Of a stretch of DNA of 10,790 nt, positions 7,682 to 10,790 are shown in pieces (the first letter of the stretch is position 1; every line of letters begins with the position of its first letter). The stretch comes from Calditrichia bacterium (GTDB lineage: Bacteria; Calditrichota; Calditrichia; RBG-13-44-9; J075): assembly GCA_050633245.1 (NCBI GenBank), contig JBOEGD010000047.1, positions 3,796 through 14,585 on the forward strand, written 5' to 3'. The position numbers and the translations under genes are program-made. A model generated the notes under the pieces. It had not been told where the DNA came from. It worked only from the letters and a program-made list of their open reading frames with translations, and ran no database searches.

Positions 7682-8899
7682 TCACTCGGCTTCCTCATTC
7701 ACCTGTAATTCGGGGAAAGGGTTCTTTAGATCTGCCCAGGAATCGCTATTAGCAGAAGCTATACGCTCGTCAAGCAAGCATGCATCAAGTTTGGAGCGCA
7801 TTTCTTTCTCGTCCATATTCTGACCTATGAAGACGAGCTCTTGGATACGGTCACCAAAGCGTGGATGCCAGTCTGGTTGCTGGTCCGGACGCTGCCCTTC
7901 AATGTATTCCCACTGATCGCGTGGCACAGCCGCCCACCACATACCGGAAGGGTTTACTTCACTGGCACCGCCGGCCTGAGCCCATTCATAGGCAATCCGG
8001 TGATCCGCAGCTACCCAGAAAAAGCCCTTCGAGCGGAGCACACCTACCCAGTTTTCTTCATCGAGCATGTACATCCATAGTTTCTCGGCGTCAAAGGGAT
8101 GTGGTGTTCTATAAGTAAAACTTGAAATTCCGTATTCCTCCGTCTCGGGTGTATGTTCTTCCTGCAGCTCACGAATCCAACCGGCTGAGCTCGCAGCCTT
8201 ATCATAGTCGAACAACCCCGTATCGAGAACTCTGTCGAGTGCAACCTGTCCGCGCGTTGTTGTGATAATCTGGGCACCGGGATTGAGTGCTTTCACAATA
8301 GCTGCGACCTCCAATGCTTTTTCTTTGCTTGCCAAGTCCAATTTGTTCAGCACAATAACATCGGCAAACTCAATCTGATCAATGAGCAAATCGGTTACTG
8401 TGCGATTGTCGTCTTCTCCCAGCGACTCACCACGATCTTCCAATGCATCAGCAGCGTTATAATCCTGCAAAAAGCTCGCCGCGTCTACAACGGTAACCAT
8501 CGTATCCAGTCTGGACACCTGGCCCAGGCTAACACCATTTTCATCTTCAAAGGTAAAGGTCTGTGCAACCGGAATCGGTTCCGAGATTCCGGTAGACTCA
8601 ATCAGCAGGTAGTCAAAGCGTCCTTCCTGGGCAAGGCGCGAGACTTCTTCCAGCAAATCATCCCGCAGTGTACAGCAGATGCAGCCATTGGTCATTTCTA
8701 CAAGCTTTTCCTCGGTTCGCGAGAGCTCAGCACCTCCGCGTTCAACAAGCGCTGCGTCGATATTCACCTCGCTCATATCATTTACAATCACTGCTACGCG
8801 TCGGCCTTCGCGGTTATTTAGCACCTGGTTAAGCAACGTGGTCTTCCCTGCCCCGAGAAAGCCGGAAAGCACCGTAACAGGCAGTCTATCTTTATTCAT
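7682..8899 (-). CDS. zigA: COG0523/CobW-family G3E GTPase, zinc metallochaperone of the ZigA/YciC type
   Basis: Walker [27 protein letters not shown], metal-binding [15 protein letters not shown] (CxCC), G3 IESTGISEP and G4 LNKLD. The [14 protein letters not shown] linker and a CobW_C domain (LRSKGFFW...[12 protein letters not shown]) follow. RBS GGAG lies 6 nt before the ATG. The family call is secure; the gene symbol is by similarity only. Confidence 0.92.
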   Translation of the reverse strand: MNKDRLPVTVLSGFLGAGKTTLLNQVLNNREGRRVAVIVNDMSEVNIDAALVERGGAELSRTEEKLVEMTNGCICCTLRDDLLEEVSRLAQEGRFDYLLIESTGISEPIPVAQTFTFEDENGVSLGQVSRLDTMVTVVDAASFLQDYNAADALEDRGESLGEDDNRTVTDLLIDQIEFADVIVLNKLDLASKEKALEVAAIVKALNPGAQIITTTRGQVALDRVLDTGLFDYDKAASSAGWIRELQEEHTPETEEYGISSFTYRTPHPFDAEKLWMYMLDEENWVGVLRSKGFFWVAADHRIAYEWAQAGGASEVNPSGMWWAAVPRDQWEYIEGQRPDQQPDWHPRFGDRIQELVFIGQNMDEKEMRSKLDACLLDERIASANSDSWADLKNPFPELQVNEEAE

Positions 8900-8932
8900 A
8901 TCATGCTCCAGTATGATAGTTTATGACATCCA

Positions 8933-8956
8933 ATTAGCAGCTACATTGCAAATGTA
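8933..8956 (-). promoter_or_regulatory. Candidate palindromic operator upstream of the COG0523 gene, overlapping the DUF5916 stop codon
   Basis: The minus strand reads TACATTTGCAATGTAGCTGCTAAT. It contains a perfect 6-3-6 inverted repeat (TACATT-GCA-AATGTA, 8942-8956 on +) and an overlapping imperfect 9-3-9 repeat, ATTTGCAAT-GTA-GCTGCTAAT (6 of 9 pairs). Confidence 0.3.
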
Positions 8957-10788
8957 TGTGTGTATTTAAGTAATACTGTCCGGCTATCCGTAACCGGCAA
9001 TCGAGGCGACTGGTTACGAGGTCGATTGGAATTGAGCCCCTCGTTATAAACGATCCAAAGATCCCTGCCTTCATTAACATGATATCTTAGTCTTGTATTA
9101 ATGCTCACACGATCTATCTGACTATTGTATTGCACGAACGAGGAGGCTGAAAAATGTCTGTCCAATGCAGCCTGGATCCGGATTCGCGGTAAATGGGCAT
9201 TAAATTCCTGATCGCGATCGGGAAATCGAATAGCACTTAGCTCGTAATTGGCTCCTAATTCAAGATGTTTAGACACATTCCAGGCCAATCCAGGAGACAA
9301 GGAGGTTCTCCAACCATCGTAGAAACTACCGCTTATCAATTCGACTTCCGGCCTAAATTGCCATCCTTCAGGTGCACTGGCATTTAACCAAACATCGTGA
9401 TACCAGTATGATCCGGCGGGTACCTCAGCATCTTCCGAGAACGAAAACGACTCACGCACGTCCTCATAGTAATGATCTGTAGAAATCAGGAATGTGGCAC
9501 CTTGTTTCAGTTCAAACCAGAAAAAGGGGTGAACCCAAAACGATTCAACCGACCCATCAGAGTTCCTTAGATAAGTTGATGCCCAGTTGCCCACCCACAC
9601 TCTGCGAAAACGGGAAGATTCATCTTTAAAACTTTGATAATTAACGTCAGGAGAAAAATAGGTAAAATCAGAACGACGGGTAAATCCCATTGCCGGAAGA
9701 TAATTGGCTCCAGACCATGTGAGGTCCAAATTATAAGAAAGTCCCTGGAGCTTACGACGCTTCCACGACAATACCGCCCGCCCTGCTTCAAATGGCTTGT
9801 AATTATCATTGTTAACATCAGCTTCATCAATACTCTGCGCCCACTTTAATGTGAGATACTCATCTCCGGTCACCCGAACAATGCCATCCAGGCCGTAGGC
9901 CACATTGTAGGTACCATCCTCATCAATACGGCTGGTTACCATTCCACCAATAGTGGAGTAGTTATTGAAGGCTTGTTTTCTGATACGAATAACACCAAAG
10001 TTTTCGGTGGGAAATCCATCCTGCCGCGCGGTTTGCATATTCAATAATCCGACATCCCAATCGTTTACGCGTCCGACAACTCGAGCACCACCCAGAATTC
10101 GGATCGGCTCACCTTCAACCAGCCCAATTCTGCGACTGTGAAAGAGCCTGCTGCTTGATCCCCCCGTATCGAACTCAAAAATTCCCGAACGCTCTTGAAA
10201 GAATTGTCTTTTTTCAGGGAAGAAGAGGGAAAAACGGGTTAGGTTAATCTGTTGATCGTCTGCTTCGACCTGAGCAAAGTCGGTATTTACCGTCAAATCC
10301 AGCGTAAGGTTTGGCGTCAGGTTATACTTCAGATCCAGACCAACCTCATTCGTCAAGTCATCGTTCAGGTTATAGGCAGATTGACTATTGTTCAACATAG
10401 AGAATTGATTGACACCACTTAGTGCGTAAGGGGCAATATAGAGCGGTTTTTTTCTGTTAATTCCTTCCAGGATAACATCCTGCATTTGAGACGGTTTCCT
10501 AAATCCATTATTGAATGCCGGAGAGATATCAGGATATACATGCCGCTCGTTAGCAGTTGTCATCCAACGATATACAGACAATCCAAAGACCGCGCGCTCG
10601 TTCTCCTGCTGAAAGGCTAACGTGCTAAAGGGGATTCTCATTTCTGCAAACCATCCTTCATCAGTGACGGTAGACGCTGAGTCCCAAAAGCCATTCCAGT
10701 CCCAATTTGTGCCCGCTTCAGCATCATTTGCGAGTGTTGCATCAGCACGCATTCCCAATGGTGTGGTATAGAACCAGAGTGCCGATTC
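8941..10788 (-). CDS. DUF5916-domain outer-membrane beta-barrel protein with N-terminal CBM9-like (DOMON-like) domain; 5'-truncated by the window
   Basis: The frame stays open to the window edge (ESALWFYTTPLGMRAD...). The CBM9-like end reads WDWNGFWDSA...GWFAEMRIPFSTLAF. DUF5916 signature: GLDLKYNLTPNLTLDLTVNTDFAQVEADDQQINLTRFSLFFPEKRQFFQE...LFHSRRIGL. Amphipathic beta-strands follow, with an aromatic C-terminal strand VLLKYTHTF; stop TAG at 8943-8941. Confidence 0.9.
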   Translation of the reverse strand, partial: ESALWFYTTPLGMRADATLANDAEAGTNWDWNGFWDSASTVTDEGWFAEMRIPFSTLAFQQENERAVFGLSVYRWMTTANERHVYPDISPAFNNGFRKPSQMQDVILEGINRKKPLYIAPYALSGVNQFSMLNNSQSAYNLNDDLTNEVGLDLKYNLTPNLTLDLTVNTDFAQVEADDQQINLTRFSLFFPEKRQFFQERSGIFEFDTGGSSSRLFHSRRIGLVEGEPIRILGGARVVGRVNDWDVGLLNMQTARQDGFPTENFGVIRIRKQAFNNYSTIGGMVTSRIDEDGTYNVAYGLDGIVRVTGDEYLTLKWAQSIDEADVNNDNYKPFEAGRAVLSWKRRKLQGLSYNLDLTWSGANYLPAMGFTRRSDFTYFSPDVNYQSFKDESSRFRRVWVGNWASTYLRNSDGSVESFWVHPFFWFELKQGATFLISTDHYYEDVRESFSFSEDAEVPAGSYWYHDVWLNASAPEGWQFRPEVELISGSFYDGWRTSLSPGLAWNVSKHLELGANYELSAIRFPDRDQEFNAHLPRIRIQAALDRHFSASSFVQYNSQIDRVSINTRLRYHVNEGRDLWIVYNEGLNSNRPRNQSPRLPVTDSRTVLLKYTHTFAM

Positions 10789-10790
10789 AT

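Noticed and set aside
8912-8929. Pho-box-like direct repeat ATGTCAT-AAA-CTATCAT before the COG0523 gene
   Set aside because: The period is 10 nt rather than the 11 nt of PhoB boxes, each half has a mismatch, and there is no phosphate-related context.
8894-8943. Stop-codon readthrough or fusion of DUF5916 with the GTPase
   Set aside because: The 41-nt gap puts the genes out of frame, readthrough would end at a TGA overlapping the GTPase start, and the barrel already ends in a normal C-terminal strand.
7841-9849. Short ORFs overlapping the COG0523 and DUF5916 genes
   Set aside because: They lie in or largely overlap strongly supported CDSs and have no independent evidence.
1-10790. CRISPR arrays, tRNA/rRNA, IS elements, defence or reverse-transcriptase genes
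   Set aside because: By eye I saw no regularly spaced repeats, cloverleaf motifs, terminal inverted repeats, or transposase, nuclease or RT motifs.

Overview
The window holds six protein-coding genes, two cut by the window edges. It is probably from a diderm bacterium of the FCB-related groups (Calditrichota/KSB1/Ignavibacteriota-like), inferred from the gene families only. In order: (1) the 3' part of a large acidic secreted protein with an FnIII-like module and a T9SS/FlgD-Ig-type C-terminal sorting domain (+); (2) a convergent, cytoplasmic five-PAS hybrid histidine kinase with a receiver domain (-); (3) a 630-bp divergent intergenic region with a perfect extended -10 box and a GC-rich hairpin block; (4) a K+-channel-family protein with a TIGYGE filter (+); (5) an AT-rich 80-aa hypothetical gene (+); (6) a probable minus-strand operon of a DUF5916/CBM9-like outer-membrane protein followed by a COG0523 (ZigA/YciC-type) zinc metallochaperone GTPase. 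I found no tRNA, rRNA, CRISPR array or mobile element. No clearly novel system is evident. The best leads are the DUF5916-COG0523 pairing with a palindromic box at its junction, the candidate structured leader of the kinase, and the small low-GC gene.
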